This document shows positions 33,913 to 47,139 of a stretch of DNA of 64,000 nucleotides, piece after piece; positions within the stretch are counted from its first letter, which is position 1, and every line of letters begins with the position of its first letter. The position numbers and the translations under genes were made by a program. The notes beneath the pieces are model-generated. The model saw only the letters and a program-made list of their open reading frames with translations, made no database searches and had not been told where the DNA came from. The DNA comes from Hormiphora californensis. Its lineage: Eukaryota > Animalia > Ctenophora. Location of the stretch: contig CM035355.1 in assembly GCA_020137815.1 (NCBI GenBank), forward strand, positions 6,572,001-6,636,000, read 5' to 3'.

Positions 33913-34140
33913 CGATGACCAATCGTGGTGTGCGTTTATTATCTGAGACCCCGGTGTCGGCTTGTTGTTTCCAGAAATCTGGGTACTGCTCATCGATTTT
34001 TGCGGTCGAGACGTGCAAGGCAGGGGTGAGAGCCGAGTAGAGGGGCTGTGTGAGCGGTGGAAGTGGTGAGGGAGGCTGATGGGTGTAGCCGCCATGACAT
34101 TCGTAGTCGTACAGGAAACTTCTTCTTCTTGGAGGCCGTA

Positions 34141-34360
34141 CAGGGGACAATGGGGACTAAGATTTTGACCAAACTAAGCTCAAACACTGAATTTTGGCCT
34201 AAAACCTAATAAAGCTTCCTCGGGCCCGGCTGTCGCTCCGCCCGAAGTATGGAAATGGAATTTGCACCGGAAAAATCGAACAAATTTTGCTCGCAAAAAG
34301 GTCATCATGAAAACCCTTAGTCGCCCCCCCCCCCCCCTAAAAATCATTCCATCACCCCTA
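34141..34360. mobile_element. Diverged relative of the MITE at 63582-63882 (opposite orientation)
   Basis: Shares ctcgggc..gctgtcgctccgcccga and aaaatcattcc..cacccct with the reverse complement of that element. Confidence 0.55.
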
Positions 34361-34448
34361 GGGTTAGGGGTGCCCGTTAGGCGATATTAGGGTCTGGTTA
34401 CTGGAAGTAGATAATATTGAGGTACAAACTACATGTAGTTTGTACCTC

Positions 34449-36228
34449 AAATAGCACTTTGGTCAAGTTTTTGGCACACCCAGAAGAAGCAGTCTTTCTT
34501 TTAATGGTATTGTGGAACTCAAACAGATGACAGGAAAAGTAGATAAAGGAGAGAGAGAAAGTTTTTCCATCGTGCGTTTGTTCTGTCTAATACAAGTCCA
34601 ACGTGTATACATACGTGTATATCCTGTTTTCAATCTTATTTAAGTAGCCAGTACGTAAGACTACTTGGGCGTGTTAATCAGTATACATTATTAAACTAGG
34701 ATAGTTCATCATACTCTCATAAGCATAATTATAGCGATCGGTCCTCGCCACTTTAAACTTTATCTTGACAAACGTTATTTAGAAATCTACTACAAATGAT
34801 TTGAATTGGTTTTTAATTACTTCTTTTCTAATGGAATTTTCTTTTTAATCTTTAACTTGGCACCCTATTCCTTTATTAACTGATCCGTGACTGACCAACG
34901 CATTACATCTCTCGTGATAAAATATTATCCACATACAATAAATGCTCTATGCTCATCGTTCTCTCTCTGCCCTTACCTCTAGATAACCCGTCTGGCATTT
35001 GAATACCATTAACAACGAGCGTTATACTTTTTTTTCTTGCTCACCAAAGTAAAACATAATATTATCTCTTAAAAAATAATATAATATATTCTCTCTTAAA
35101 TAAGTTAAATCTTTTATCATGACTCGCTTAACCCAGGGCAGATGGTTACACACTAAGACTCTTAGTGCTATTGGTAAGAGAGAGATAGAGGGAGAGAATT
35201 TTAAAGTATAAATAGCTGGTGCACAGTCCAACCACATCATTCGTTGTTATGTTCTAACCCTCCTTTTCGGAGGGCACGGAAAGGTGGTCGAGCAAGGCAA
35301 ATCATTCGTATACTTTTTGTCTATGTTTTTTTCTGCTCTCGGGAGCAAATAAAATAAATAGCACTTTGGTCAAGTTTTTGGCACACCCAGAAGAAGCAGT
35401 CTTTCTTTTAATGGTATTGTGGAACTCAAACAGATGACAGGAAAAGTAGATAAAGGAGAGAGAGAAAGTTTTTCCATCGTGCGTTTGTTCTGTCTAATAC
35501 AAGTCCAACGTGTATACATACGTGTATATCCTGTTTTCAATCTTATTTAAGTAGCCAGTACGTAAGACTACTTGGGCGTGTTAATCAGTATACATTATTA
35601 AACTAGGATAGTTCATCATACTCTCATAAGCATAATTATAGCGATCGGTCCTCGCCACTTTAAACTTTATCTTGACAAACGTTATTTAGAAATCTACTAC
35701 AAATGATTTGAATTGGTTTTTAATTACTTCTTTTCTAATGGAATTTTCTTTTTAATCTTTAACTTGGCACCCTATTCCTTTATTAACTGATCCGTGACTG
35801 ACCAACGCATTACATCTCTCTTGATAAAATATTATCCACATATGTACAATCAATGCTCTATGCCCATCGTTCTCTCTCTGGATAACCCGTCTGGTATTTG
35901 AATACCATTAAAAACGGACGTTATATTTTTTTTCTTGCTTACCAAAGTAAAACATAATATTCTCTCTTAAATAAATTTAAATCTTTCATCATGACTCGCT
36001 TAACCCAGGGCAGTTGGTTACACACTAAGACTCTTAGTGCTATTGGTAAGAGAGAGATAGAGGGAGAGAATTTTAAAGTATAAATAGCTGGTGCACAGTC
36101 CAACCACATCATTCGTTGTTATGTTCTAACCCTCCTTTTCGGAGGGCACGGAAAGGTGGTCGAGCAAGGCAAATCATTCGTATACTTTTTGTCTATGTTT
36201 TTTTCTGCTCTCGGGAGCAAATAAAATA
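34449..36228. repeat. Tandem duplication of a ~0.9-kb non-coding segment
   Basis: 34449-35355 and 35356-36228 are near-identical apart from a short divergent patch. Confidence 0.92.
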
Positions 36229-36326
36229 TTGTGATATAAAACGTCAACGCAACCGTCCCTCCCCTTTTTCATAAGCAATTGTGCCATAACACTGAATACT
36301 CCATAGCAGCTAATATATGTTTAAGA

Positions 36327-36848
36327 ATGGCCAACACCATTACTCTCGGATTAATTTTAATCCTCATGGTTATAAACCCAACCGGATGCGTAAATCAGTC
36401 CCAAGTCCCTTTCGCCGATGCCGAACTTTCGTCCACATTATTTCCTGCCCAACCAGCAAACAAAGCCATTGATGGAAATCTTGGAACCTACACCCACTCC
36501 GAATGCAACACCCAAGGGCAAGAGATTTGGCTGAAATTGTGGCTGAGATGGCCAACTTGGATTGATCACGTTATTATTTACCCAATGCACACTGGGCCTG
36601 GGTTGGAAGCGTATCATTACCGGTTTCAAGGAGCCCAGATTTACGTCGAAGATATGATCAGTGGTCTGGAGATTCTATGTGGTACTCTAGCGCTGGATAA
36701 TGTGAAGACATCTCACACAATAAAGTGTGGATCAGTACGTCTTGTGGAAGTTGTTGTGATCAGGCTTCAAAAGAGCACAGATGCGTGTATTACGCTGTAC
36801 GAGATAGAGGCATTTGGGGATTACATCAAAGGTAAGAATTGGAACTAG
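36327..36848 (+). CDS. Secreted F-type lectin/F5-8 (galactose-binding-like) domain protein, possibly the first exon of a longer gene
   Basis: Signal peptide MANTITLGLILILMVINPTGC, then ANKAIDGNLGTYTHSEC, WLKL, HRFQGAQIYV and CITLYEIEAFG. Donor-like AG|gtaag at ~36831. Confidence 0.7.
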   Translation: MANTITLGLILILMVINPTGCVNQSQVPFADAELSSTLFPAQPANKAIDGNLGTYTHSECNTQGQEIWLKLWLRWPTWIDHVIIYPMHTGPGLEAYHYRFQGAQIYVEDMISGLEILCGTLALDNVKTSHTIKCGSVRLVEVVVIRLQKSTDACITLYEIEAFGDYIKGKNWN

Positions 36849-36980
36849 AACATACATCAGACTGACACGCTTCATGTACATACAGACTGACACACTTCAT
36901 GTACATACATTAGTACAATCCCTCCCCAATTGAAACTTTATCTTAACATAGAAATCTCACCCATTGCTGCACATGACTCT

Positions 36981-37013
<33 letters not shown>

Positions 37014-37299
37014 TAGTTGGCTGTTGATAGCCATTGATTGTCACTATATGATTGTTACCGCAAAACTACTCAGATCACCATTCTGGATCTGATTTCACGA
37101 AAAATAACCCGTGAAAACTACGGATGTCGATTCTGCACTGCAGTATGCCACGCATAGCTATTTTTAGCATCTCCATTCTCCACCAATTTTTCTTGCTCCC
37201 AGATTTATTTTACTTGTCATCAAAAAGTTTTCAAATCTAGTCAATTATTAGTTTTCAATATACTTTTCTTCATAATGTACAGAGTCTGGAGTCAACGTG

Positions 37300-38276
37300 A
37301 TGAATGAAACGGAGATAAATGTACCGCCAGCACTATCTATACCCATGGGGGTTTACAACTTTATCATTTCCTTTTTTGGGATCACTGGTAACGGCCTCGT
37401 CCTCTATTCTTCTCTCCGATACGATGCCATTCAACTTGATGTGGTGTCGCTGGAGTTGGTTAGAAACCTCGCATTGGCTGACATGTTGTATACCATCTGC
37501 GTTCCCCTTCCTTACTTCATTACACTATCTGTCCGTCGGTGGATTCTTGGACCTGTTTACTGTTTCATTCAGGGTGGGGTCAGTAATATTCCCGCTTCCG
37601 TAAACGCCATGCCCGTGCTCGCTATATCGGCATACCGACTGAAGCTAATCATTTCCCCTTTCCACCACATCTCCCTAATGGTATGCAGAGTGTTCATTGC
37701 TCTAATCTGGTTGTTATCTTTCTCTTCCATTGTCCTTATCATGTCCTACCAACTTGGAGCAGTGTTCAGCAGCTATATGGCGGCATGCCTGAGTGAGATT
37801 TATGATCATGATGAGGCCAGAGGACTTTTGATGATCATAATTGGTTTCATAGTTTTCATTCCCCTTGTTGGGATTTTCGGTATTAATTTGGTTCTCTTGG
37901 GAGTAGCGATACGGAAAAACAACAGTGGGATTAACTACAAAGCCTTGTTTGTTATCCTGTCTCTGTCAGGATTGTTCATTGGGTTCCATATCTTGTGTTT
38001 ACTTTCCTAAAAATGAAATCTCCTGATGTTTCCCCGATTTTCGAATTGATTGTCTTTAATATTCTAAGTCTCAATACATTCGGAAACCCCTTCCTTTACA
38101 CGCTTACCAACCGACGCTTTGGAAGATATATCCGGAGCTTGCTCTGTGGCATGTTCAAATCTAGGAGAGGAAAGCAGAAAATTGATCATCGTACCGGTAA
38201 TCGAGAAGAAAACCTTCCTGCAAAGAGTCGAGGCAGTGCAGCTAGCAATGCTGTCATGCAGTCGTCGAGTGTTTAA
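37300..38276 (+). pseudogene. Intronless rhodopsin-family GPCR with a frameshift in TM6
   Basis: GITGNGLV, NLALADML, WILGPVYC, ISAYRL. The second ORF supplies WVPY and NTFGNPFLYTLTN. The frame break at ~37980 appears to remove ~2 residues. Confidence 0.75.
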
Positions 38277-38653
38277 ACTGTTTGTTGGATGAATTACTGA
38301 AAGTTTGAGGCTGATAGTCCGAAGCGAAAGATATAAACATTATTTAATCATGAAAACATTATTTAATCATGATAGTACAGCTAATATAACTTCAAAACAA
38401 GAGAGATTGGAGTGGCCAAAAGTTTATGAGACGCATTAGAATGAGAAGGATAGTGATATACCGGCGAACTCGATTCTCCTAAATGGCAAAACGTAGCCCC
38501 GGAAACATTTTCAGTTTTCTGCACATCATGAACAATTACTATTGATCGATTTGTATTATTCTCTGATAGATTTCCATTTTCTCTAAAAAAGTAGAAGTTT
38601 ATATTTGACCGGCGGATTCTGGCTCTGTGTGTTGTTTGTACCGCGTGGCAACT

Positions 38654-39593
38654 TCAATCTTCATTGTTATGGAAGCATGCTGATTGCTGCATCTGTCCGA
38701 AAAATACCACAAATGTCTTGATCTGGGAGTAGCAGTAGCAATACTACTGGTAGCGATGTAATGATATGCAGTTTTATATCAGATGGACAAGTGTAGATAA
38801 GAATTAGTTTAGAAAAGAATTTTCAAATGTTCAGCTGTTTACAAAAATTGTCTTTCACTACCACGTGACACGGCAAACGTTTCCATCGAGCGATGTATCG
38901 TGACACATTTTCTCACTATTGTCTTCTTCGTATTCAAAATCTGAGTGGAAGGTTCAATAGGTTAACGTGGGGACAGGGGAACTGGTACACAATGAACTAT
39001 CTGGCGGTGCCAGACCCCGATCTGATTCTCAAAGTGTGCTCAGATGTGGTCCGCGGCGCCAGACAGAATATGAGTCCTAGTGCACATAAGATCCCATGGT
39101 AAGGTCGGATACCGTAAGCAGTCTGAATCCTAGCAAAGTACAAAAACCTGAGTTGTCTGTGACAGTAGAGGTTGTAACAAGTAGCTCCCTTCCCTGCCAG
39201 TCCATGCTGTCAATAGCACCCCTATCAACCACTGGCTTGTGTGTTCCAAGTTGTGCAGATCCAGAACAACTACCTTCTTCTTTCTGCAGGCAATTGTTTT
39301 AGGAAAAACGGCATGGCCATGGCATGGTCAACATTTTTTGTTCAAACCCTTTTACGGGGAAACAGGGTTGAGCAAGGCAAGTCACCATCTGTCACTGCTG
39401 CAGTTTTAGCAGTCAATGGTCTGTATATCAGAAGAGCGTCAGGACAACTTTACAAAGTAAATCGTACCTCTGGTAAGATTTCAGTCATCAAAATATCACC
39501 ACCTTCTTGATCACCCACCACCAGGTGTCCTGCAGCAGTAGCAGTGCTGCTACAACATCCAATAATAACAACCACTAAAACTACAAACAACAT
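38654..39593 (-). CDS. Putative small secreted protein, 3 exons
   Basis: Signal peptide MLFVVLVVVIIGCCSSTATA. In-phase candidate exons ~39593-39468, ~39283-39113 and ~38722-38654. Confidence 0.45.
38997..39066. mobile_element. Diverged copy of the 66-68-bp micro-MITE
   Basis: ctatctggcggtgccagaccccgatctgattctc...gcggcgccagacag aligns with 1105-1170. Confidence 0.7.
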
Positions 39594-39937
39594 ATTGCGA
39601 GGAGGGGGAGAGAGAACTACAATATATGATTGTGTATACCACAAGTAGGAAGAACCTCTATAGTTTGTAAAATGAGGCATCTCTCTCACTACCAGCACGG
39701 GATATAACGTGAGAACACCAGGGTAAGCTTACCCTACGTAAGTTGGCCTATAAGAGCCAATAACCCTTGTTTACAGGGGAAAATAAATATATGCTAGCCG
39801 CCCTGGAACCGGAGTAAAAATTACTTCAAATTTGAACGGAAATTGAATTGCAATATAATGAGGAAATCTGTACAGAAATTATACTCGTTTCACAACCTAA
39901 AACACTAAAACATATAATCTGAAAAATAAAAGTATCT

Positions 39938-42900
39938 TTATCCCTGGCACGGTTCAATATTTTCAGTTCTCCATGGTCTCAACAAAGTCCCCAAACTACG
40001 TCTATCACATAACCACACCAGTACCAGCTCACAAAGAAGGAGCCCGCCCATAACATGACACACAATGGGATACTCAATGAACCTCAGCATTCCTCCCCCG
40101 ATTATAGGTCCTACAAAGGATCCGAGAAAGAAAAATGAAGAGTAAACTCCACCCATATGGCACCCAACCACATTCTCCGCCAGGTTCACACGTTGTGAGT
40201 AATGCTCCACGAGGATGGGTAGGACGGACACCTGGGCGAGGCCGCTACCAATCTCCATGGCACAGTACATGGCACAGGGCCAGTAGTAGGAGAGGGAGGG
40301 AAGGGGAGGAATGTTCCCACCAAGGAGGGTGCAGGAAACCGCCATGATGAGGAGACCAAACTGGAGGAGGTGCTTCAGATACTGAAAATAGGGAATTAGT
40401 GTTAGAGGCATGTAACATGTTTCATTTCCCCCTTTGCCTTCCATAGACTCGGGAAAAACATAGTTCATAGTCACGTCCTGTGATTTCACCTGTTTGTTGG
40501 TGCCGAGAAGACCAGCAGTTAAGGTAGCGACAGTGTAGAAAAACCCAGCACTGGTCATGGCCCATCCGCTCTGAATTTCTCCCATTTTGTAAGTGTTCTT
40601 CATGTAGGAGGCAAAGAATGATTCCACCACAGTGCAACAGACTGATATGGCACACATCACCGACACGCCCACAATCTGAGGAGGGGGATCAGTTTGTTAA
40701 GGTCGAAAATCTGGTAGGATCAGTTCGTTAAAAATTGAGTCGTTAAGCCCACAATCTGGTGGGATCAGTTCAGTTGGACAGTGGACACTTTTGATTTCAC
40801 AAACTTGAAAACAAATTCCGACATGCTGAACTCAACAAAGGTTGGGTTGGTACTATGTACTAGTTAACTCACAATGATGGGAAATGTGTAGATTTCTTTG
40901 CTGTTTGGTGTTTCATTCCCCTCTGAGTCCTCACTTCCCCCATCGTCCAGGGAAAATGTACAAAAGGTAGACAGGATACAAAATGTCACACACAGTAGGG
41001 CTGAATGAAAAATATGTATTTTTAATCTTGTAGTTCACTGGTATGTTTGAAAGCTTATGAAATATATACCCTGCTAACTTAAATAATGCGCCAGTGGCGA
41101 GAAGTCCCACTAGCGCGCTCTCGATAACCAGCCAGTCCAGCGGCAGATTATTTCCCACTGGCAGGTTATTTATTTTTAACTCCTATGTTACATTCAAAGT
41201 GTGTGTAAATGATCAGTTCTTACTGAAATACAGAGGGAACACTGTTTGGAAGAGTTACACACTAAATTGGAGAGAAAGAAACAACACATTCCGTCAATTA
41301 CTCTCTCTTTATCTTCCCTTTTGTTTCACTATCTCAATTCCTCTGTGTTATGTCTGGCATGCCCCATATCTTGTTATTTCTTTCTCTCTCTCCTTAGTAA
41401 GGGGAAACTCTAATTGAATGGGCGCGCAGTAATGGCGTCCCATCAACCGTAAAAATCTCACTGGATGGAAGGAATGATGGACAGAATTCTGCAGAACGCG
41501 CGATAATGTCCGTGTGTTTGTCATCGCGCGCTACGTAAAGGCCTTTTTTACGAGCAAAATGTGGCAAATCATGGCGCGCACAGAGTGATGGCTTCCATTA
41601 TCAGTTAGATTTTTACAGTTGATGGGCTGCCATTACTGCGCGTGCATTCAGTTAGAGTTTCCCCTAACTGTTACCAAACAATGTACACTCAATTGAGAGA
41701 TGTTTTTGACTGTTTCTCAGTTCTCTTTGTGTGTTTTGATTAGTGTTCTCTCTCTTGTTAGTGTGTAATACTTGTAAGAAACAACTAAAGCAGGGTATAT
41801 AACCCATAAACTCTTGCCACAGACGCGTTATAGGTTTAAACCCCTCCGCCTCTCCCTCGGCTACGCCTCGGGATCGTCGTCGTGATTTAAACCAGTTTAT
41901 CCGCCAGTGGCGGATAAACTACAGCTACCTTCTCCCAGCGGCGCGCTGGGAGAAAGGTATCTGAAATAACGCGCCACTGGCAAGAGTTTATGCCTCATAT
42001 AAAATGACAAAGCTAGTATTTTAGTTTTCACTTATGACTAACCCCTTCCATAATTATTCTTAGGAATACGGATGGCTAATATAGATCGCCCAAATATCTA
42101 AAGTCTAAAAATCAGTAGGGGAGCCACAGGTAATATGGGAAATTTGGTAAAATGGGAAATCGGTGTTTTGAAAAGATTGGCCATGTTACAGGCTCATAAA
42201 TAGTTAATGACTCTTATTAGTGATCTTAGATTAGTTCTGAAACCGTTTATAGCCTTGGTGGGAAGTGTTCAGATGGTACACTAGCACCCTCGTCATCTTA
42301 AAATAAGGAAAGTAAAAATTCAGGCCACTTTTTTCATTTGATACACACGTCTCTGTTTCTTTGAGAAATTATCGATTGGCTTAGTTTATGAGCAAGATAT
42401 TTATTAGCGATACCTGAAGAGATCAGATCATCAGAATGAACGTGTCTAATTATAATTAGCTAATTATAGAAACTCATGATTTTGGTATAATGGGATACTT
42501 TTATTTTACTGAAATGGGATACCCCATTTTACCAAATTTTCACTATCCCATTTTTCCAAAACATGTTTTTGAAAAATGGGATACTGAAATTTTGGCTGTT
42601 TAAACGGCCATTTTAAACGCAAACTTCTCAGTTACAATTATTAATATAGCCTATTTTCATTCATAACTCGAAAAAACTTGTATTCTCTGAAAAAATGCAC
42701 CGAGTGACAACTGCAGAATACGACTACACGTGTGGATATAATTATTCAATTCTAATTAATCTAATCTTCTATTATAGACACTAAAAGGTTTCTAGTATCC
42801 GTGTAGCTTTCTTAGTTTAGCAGTTACTAAATATTATCCACATTTATGTGTTAACGATCGACTCTTTGGTCCCCAATTCTTTAGCAAATTTTAGAGAATT

Positions 42901-45349
42901 TCTAAATTTTTGACCTGTCTGAAATTATATACAGGTAGCACCCCGCTAGGAAATGAACATGTTCACGCTTTTACCCCTCCTGTTGAACTAAGTAGGCTTT
43001 AGGGACCCGTTGGTGAAGAAATTAGGTAGCTTGTTCCTAAATTTTCATGATTTCACGGCTGCCGGCTATTATAGGGCCTTCAGACCATTTACTAATTATA
43101 AACAAAACTTAAATACCATTACAAACTAGTTTAATCTAAGCAAAGTGCAACTTTAAGTTACCATATTTTGAGGAAAATTAATTTTGATAAAATGGGATAC
43201 CAATTTTTTGATAAAATGGGATATCCCATTTTCGTTAAAAAATGGGTATCCCATTTCACCAAAATAAAATTCCACTGCAAATTTTCAAGGTAAGGATGGG
43301 ATAGTGCCGGATCTCCGTTGTGGAGCATTCGTTGGGGTAATTTTGGTGGTAATGTGTTAGCCTGGTCCAAATAAGACACACCTATGAAGACGGCGTGACT
43401 TTATTGTCATCTGAAAAAAAATTATGGCCAAAAGTTGTTAGGTATCCCATATTACCTGTGGCTCCCCTACCTGAAAGGTGTTTGGGAGCCCAAACCCTAG
43501 AAATCGTGAGATACCCCCCCAAACGGGGGCCTCCATCAACATCCCTAAAGATATCTGGCCCATTATCATCGAATCTTATCGGGGCCTGACCTCATTCTAG
43601 CACCTTTCATCTGAAAAAATAGGTTTTACCCTAATCTATGATTTTTGATAGTGAAATTGTTTTTTAATGCACCAGGGGAATGGAAAAAACGGAATACTGG
43701 TAACCCTTTAAATCTTTACCCTTTTACCTAAAAAAAAGGGCCCTTTTTCCTTTAAAAAATTTAAAAATGGGGATTATTGTTTAGATCAAAAAAACTAGGG
43801 GGGGCGTGGAACCCCCCCCAGGGCCCCCCCGGGGTTTTTTGGGTTTGTGGCCCCCCCCCCCCCCCCCCCCCCCCCCACCCCCCCCCGGGGAACCCCCCCC
43901 CCTTTTTCCCCCAAAAACCCCCCCCCCCAAATTCAAGATTTGTAAGAATTTTGGGCCCGAAAAGGGAAAACCAAAAAAAAAAGTAAAAAAGGGTTTTTAA
44001 AAATTCTCCTGCCTAAAAAAATTTCCCCCATTTAAAATTTATTTCGGAGGGGTTGTTTGATTAAATTTTTGTGGTTTTTGTCAATTTAAAATAAGATTCC
44101 AAAAGGGAAAAAACCCCCCCCTTTTCCTTACCCTCCCGACGGGCTTAATCGCTAGATTCTCGTACCAGTTATCGAGTCTGGGAAAACCTGGACCATCATA
44201 TCTAGCAACCTTACATCTGGAAAGAAAGAAAATCGGTGTTACAGTCGGACCCCGATTTAACGGCCCCCGATTTAGCGGCACCCCGATTTAACGGCAGCAT
44301 AATCTTCCCCCGATATGAGAAATTAACAGTATTTGACCCCGATTTAGCGAAAACCCCGATTTAACGGACAAAACCCTTTCCCCCCAGGGTGCCGTTAAAT
44401 CGGGGTCCGACTGTACAAGTAACATCTGAAAATAAATTATGTTTGTTGCTCAGATTGAAATCGTTGGTCCAATGTAGTCAAAGAAGTCAAAGAAAATGGT
44501 ATAGGTCACTGGCCTTATATCATTGGTCACTAGTCAATAACTGTGTGACCACCTTCTTACCTAGAATTCCAATAGCGATTCCCTGTAGTATCCGTGAGAA
44601 AAATGTATAAATGAGCCATGCTCCATTGTTCAGATCAAAAACGTAGAGGATGGAGGAAAAGAAACTTGTCAGGATGCTGCAAAATGGAACTATTGTTTTG
44701 TGTTTTCTCCTGGCAAGACTTTCACAGAAGTAGTAGTGAAACTATGAACTTGCCAACACAGCGAAGCTTCAAACCAAATCAGTATTGGACATTGGTTTAT
44801 TTTCTTCCATTTTTACTTTTTGTACACGTCAGTCGTCACTCACCAAATTGCGAGAGATTGTCTGATAGAGAGTTTGGCGCTGAGTTTAGGTGCAAATACC
44901 AAAGTAAGAAAGAGAGATAGACAAAGGGCACCAAACATAGCTCCTGCCATAACGGAACTCTCTCCTCGACTCTGCAGGAATTTGGATTGCTGTTGCAGGG
45001 TTAGTTTCGATTGTATCACTTTTGTGGTATTTTTCTACAGTTTAGTTCTACGAGTATGAATATCAATTAAATGGGGCAAAACAGTCGTTAATCGACCAGA
45101 TTCAAGGCTGAATATTCACTGATTTTTCTGATCCAAATCAAAATGGTTGGGACATTGTTTCACCCCTACTAACCTCCATAACTTCAATAGAAAGGAATGT
45201 AAGAGGAACACAAAAGTAGAGATATAAGCAGAACACGTTGATAAACGCTATGGAAAAGATAACAATTCTCTTGGTGAATGACAAGTTCCGTGTTCCAAGC
45301 AGTGGCCTCTTGTCACCTGGTCTTCCATCTCCATCAGTCTTGACGGTCA
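39938..45349 (-). CDS. MFS transporter (SLC18B1-like), multi-exon; middle exons in a garbled region
   Basis: Exons with TM helices: FINVFCLYLYFCVPLTFL; VMAGAMFGA; FFSRILQGIAIG; QVFPDS; final GVYSSFFFLGSFVGPIIGGG. GT-AG borders are in phase where readable. Confidence 0.75.
41063..41998. mobile_element. Possible Crypton-like non-autonomous repeat
   Basis: Inverted pair tatataccctgct / agcagggtatata, several short hairpins and the motif cctcggctacgcctcggg. Family assignment is from memory only. Confidence 0.4.
41401..41664. mobile_element. PIF/Harbinger-type MITE
   Basis: TIR ggggaaactctaa...ttagagtttcccc with TAA duplicated on both sides. Confidence 0.85.
42118..43467. mobile_element. 1.35-kb non-autonomous TIR element, TA target
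   Basis: TIR ggggagccacaggtaatatggga / tcccatattacctgtggctcccc, flanked by TA. Internal aaatgggata repeats; no long ORF. Confidence 0.85.
43650..44130. other. Homopolymer-inflated, probably low-quality consensus
   Basis: Abrupt runs of C, G, A and T where MFS exons are expected. Confidence 0.7.
44242..44413. mobile_element. Tc1/mariner-type MITE
   Basis: TIR cagtcggaccccgattta / taaatcggggtccgactg, TA TSD, internal ccccgattta repeats. Confidence 0.9.
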
Positions 45350-46497
45350 TTTTGCAGACTGAATTGAGAACTGGTAAGTTTATTTGGGACAAATTCGGGA
45401 CAAACTTGGTAGTTTTCAATTAAAATTAACTCGCACGAGTGCTTATAAACATATGACAATACAATCTATGCAGGTAGCATTATTGTAAGCTAAAAGTTAC
45501 ACAAGTTGGCCCAATACAACTAAAATAATATGTTATATTGTATTCAACAGAAGTGGCCTCATTAAAATTTGTAAAGTAATCGAAAATATTATTGATACTG
45601 CCGATACTGGATCACACACAAGAAAACATAGCTCGACACTATATATTGGACTTGAAAATGAAACTTTTGTCGTGAGACGAACCGTCATCTTGTTTCCTTC
45701 AAATCGATTACATCGAACGCGAAACTCCAAGAGGAAAATAAATGAGGTTTCAATGAAGTTTCAGTCGACATCTGAGGCAACCCGCAAAATGACTATGCGA
45801 GCGTCAAGCGTGAATGAAAATATAAATTGAAGTGCTTTATAAAAACGTATCTCATCTTATCTTCAGAGCTGCACTTCTGATACAATCGATTCACTAGATT
45901 GTGTGATTATCATACATTGTTTGGAGCAGCCCTACAATTGATCTCATTCATTATATCTAGTGAACAAAGCAGTCCACCGTCTTGAAACAATCGATTAGGG
46001 GGTAAGGGAATCTATAGGGACCACCATGGGAGAACATGCGAGGAAGAGAGAAAGAAAAGGGAGAGTTATTTTCAAAGCGATCTGTACGAAAATCGTTTAC
46101 TTCGATCTGCGACTAGTAAAAGCGATTTATGGACGGAGTCGAGTCTGATATGCTACCAGAAGAACCAGATGGCCCCATCTAACAATTACTCCTGCAAATC
46201 TTACTGATGTTCTCTACGATTTGGAGCTAAGGTAAAAATCGGCAAGGCGAATGATCATGCAAACTCTTCAGTATTCCAACGATAAATCCCGTCATACCCA
46301 AAGAGAGAAAGATAGATAAAGAGAGACAGAAAGATGACCTGTTGTAACGCACTGTTTTTGGCAGTCGCCAGTTTGGTAATAGGAATATAGCTGGTGTAAA
46401 ATTAGTTGTTACACGTTTTGCCACATGTGTAATACCCGGTTGGCAACTTTACACAGAGAGTTGTATGACTCCGATATTCTATCGACTTTCTATCTAT

Positions 46498-46590
46498 CAG
46501 GAACCGACCGAATCAGGAAATACTGGTCCCTGATTGGCTGATAACCAGTCATGTGACCTAAATAACGAGTTCTGATTGGTTGTTTACTTT
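46498..46590 (+). mobile_element. Truncated copy of the caggaaccgaccgaa MITE
   Basis: Near-identical to 49438-49530; right TIR missing. Confidence 0.8.
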
Positions 46591-46713
46591 CTATCTTGTA
46601 TCCACACAACCATGGTCTCAGTAAATGTTTCGAAACAAGTTCCCACCATCACAAACATCAACTCACACACGCATCAGCTGTGTATATCCATGTCTACTCA
46701 ACCCTCACATACC

Positions 46714-47139
46714 ATGTTTCTAGGCTTACTTGCGTCGATCCTTTCACTCCCGACTATCTTGTTGACATCTGTGACAACAATCGACGAACAACCGGCAGTA
46801 TTTTACGCATGCCTAATAACTCCCTTCTCTGTGAGTTTTCTTGGGGTGGCAGTCTTTTGGGCTGGCGTGGTCCTCAGACGAAGAAGAAGGCGACGAAAAG
46901 AGGAAAGTAACAACAGGGCGGTTGTGGCGAGTGATATTGTGGAGATGACATTGGTAAAGGTGGCGCTCGAGTTAGAGCCACTCCCAGCCCAGTCGGTGCC
47001 TTTCCCACCGGTGGATCAGGATAGGAATTTTCTGACAGTGGACTCGCTAGCTTCTTCGCACAGCTTTAATTCAGAGTTCCTGCCAACTCCTCCAGACTCA
47101 ATGTTTGGATCCGTCGACGTGGGACTCGATGAAAAATGA
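46714..47139 (+). CDS. Putative small single-pass membrane protein
   Basis: Hydrophobic N-terminus, a second hydrophobic segment followed by an RRRRRRRK stop-transfer and an acidic tail. No family recognised. Confidence 0.45.
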   Translation: MFLGLLASILSLPTILLTSVTTIDEQPAVFYACLITPFSVSFLGVAVFWAGVVLRRRRRRRKEESNNRAVVASDIVEMTLVKVALELEPLPAQSVPFPPVDQDRNFLTVDSLASSHSFNSEFLPTPPDSMFGSVDVGLDEK

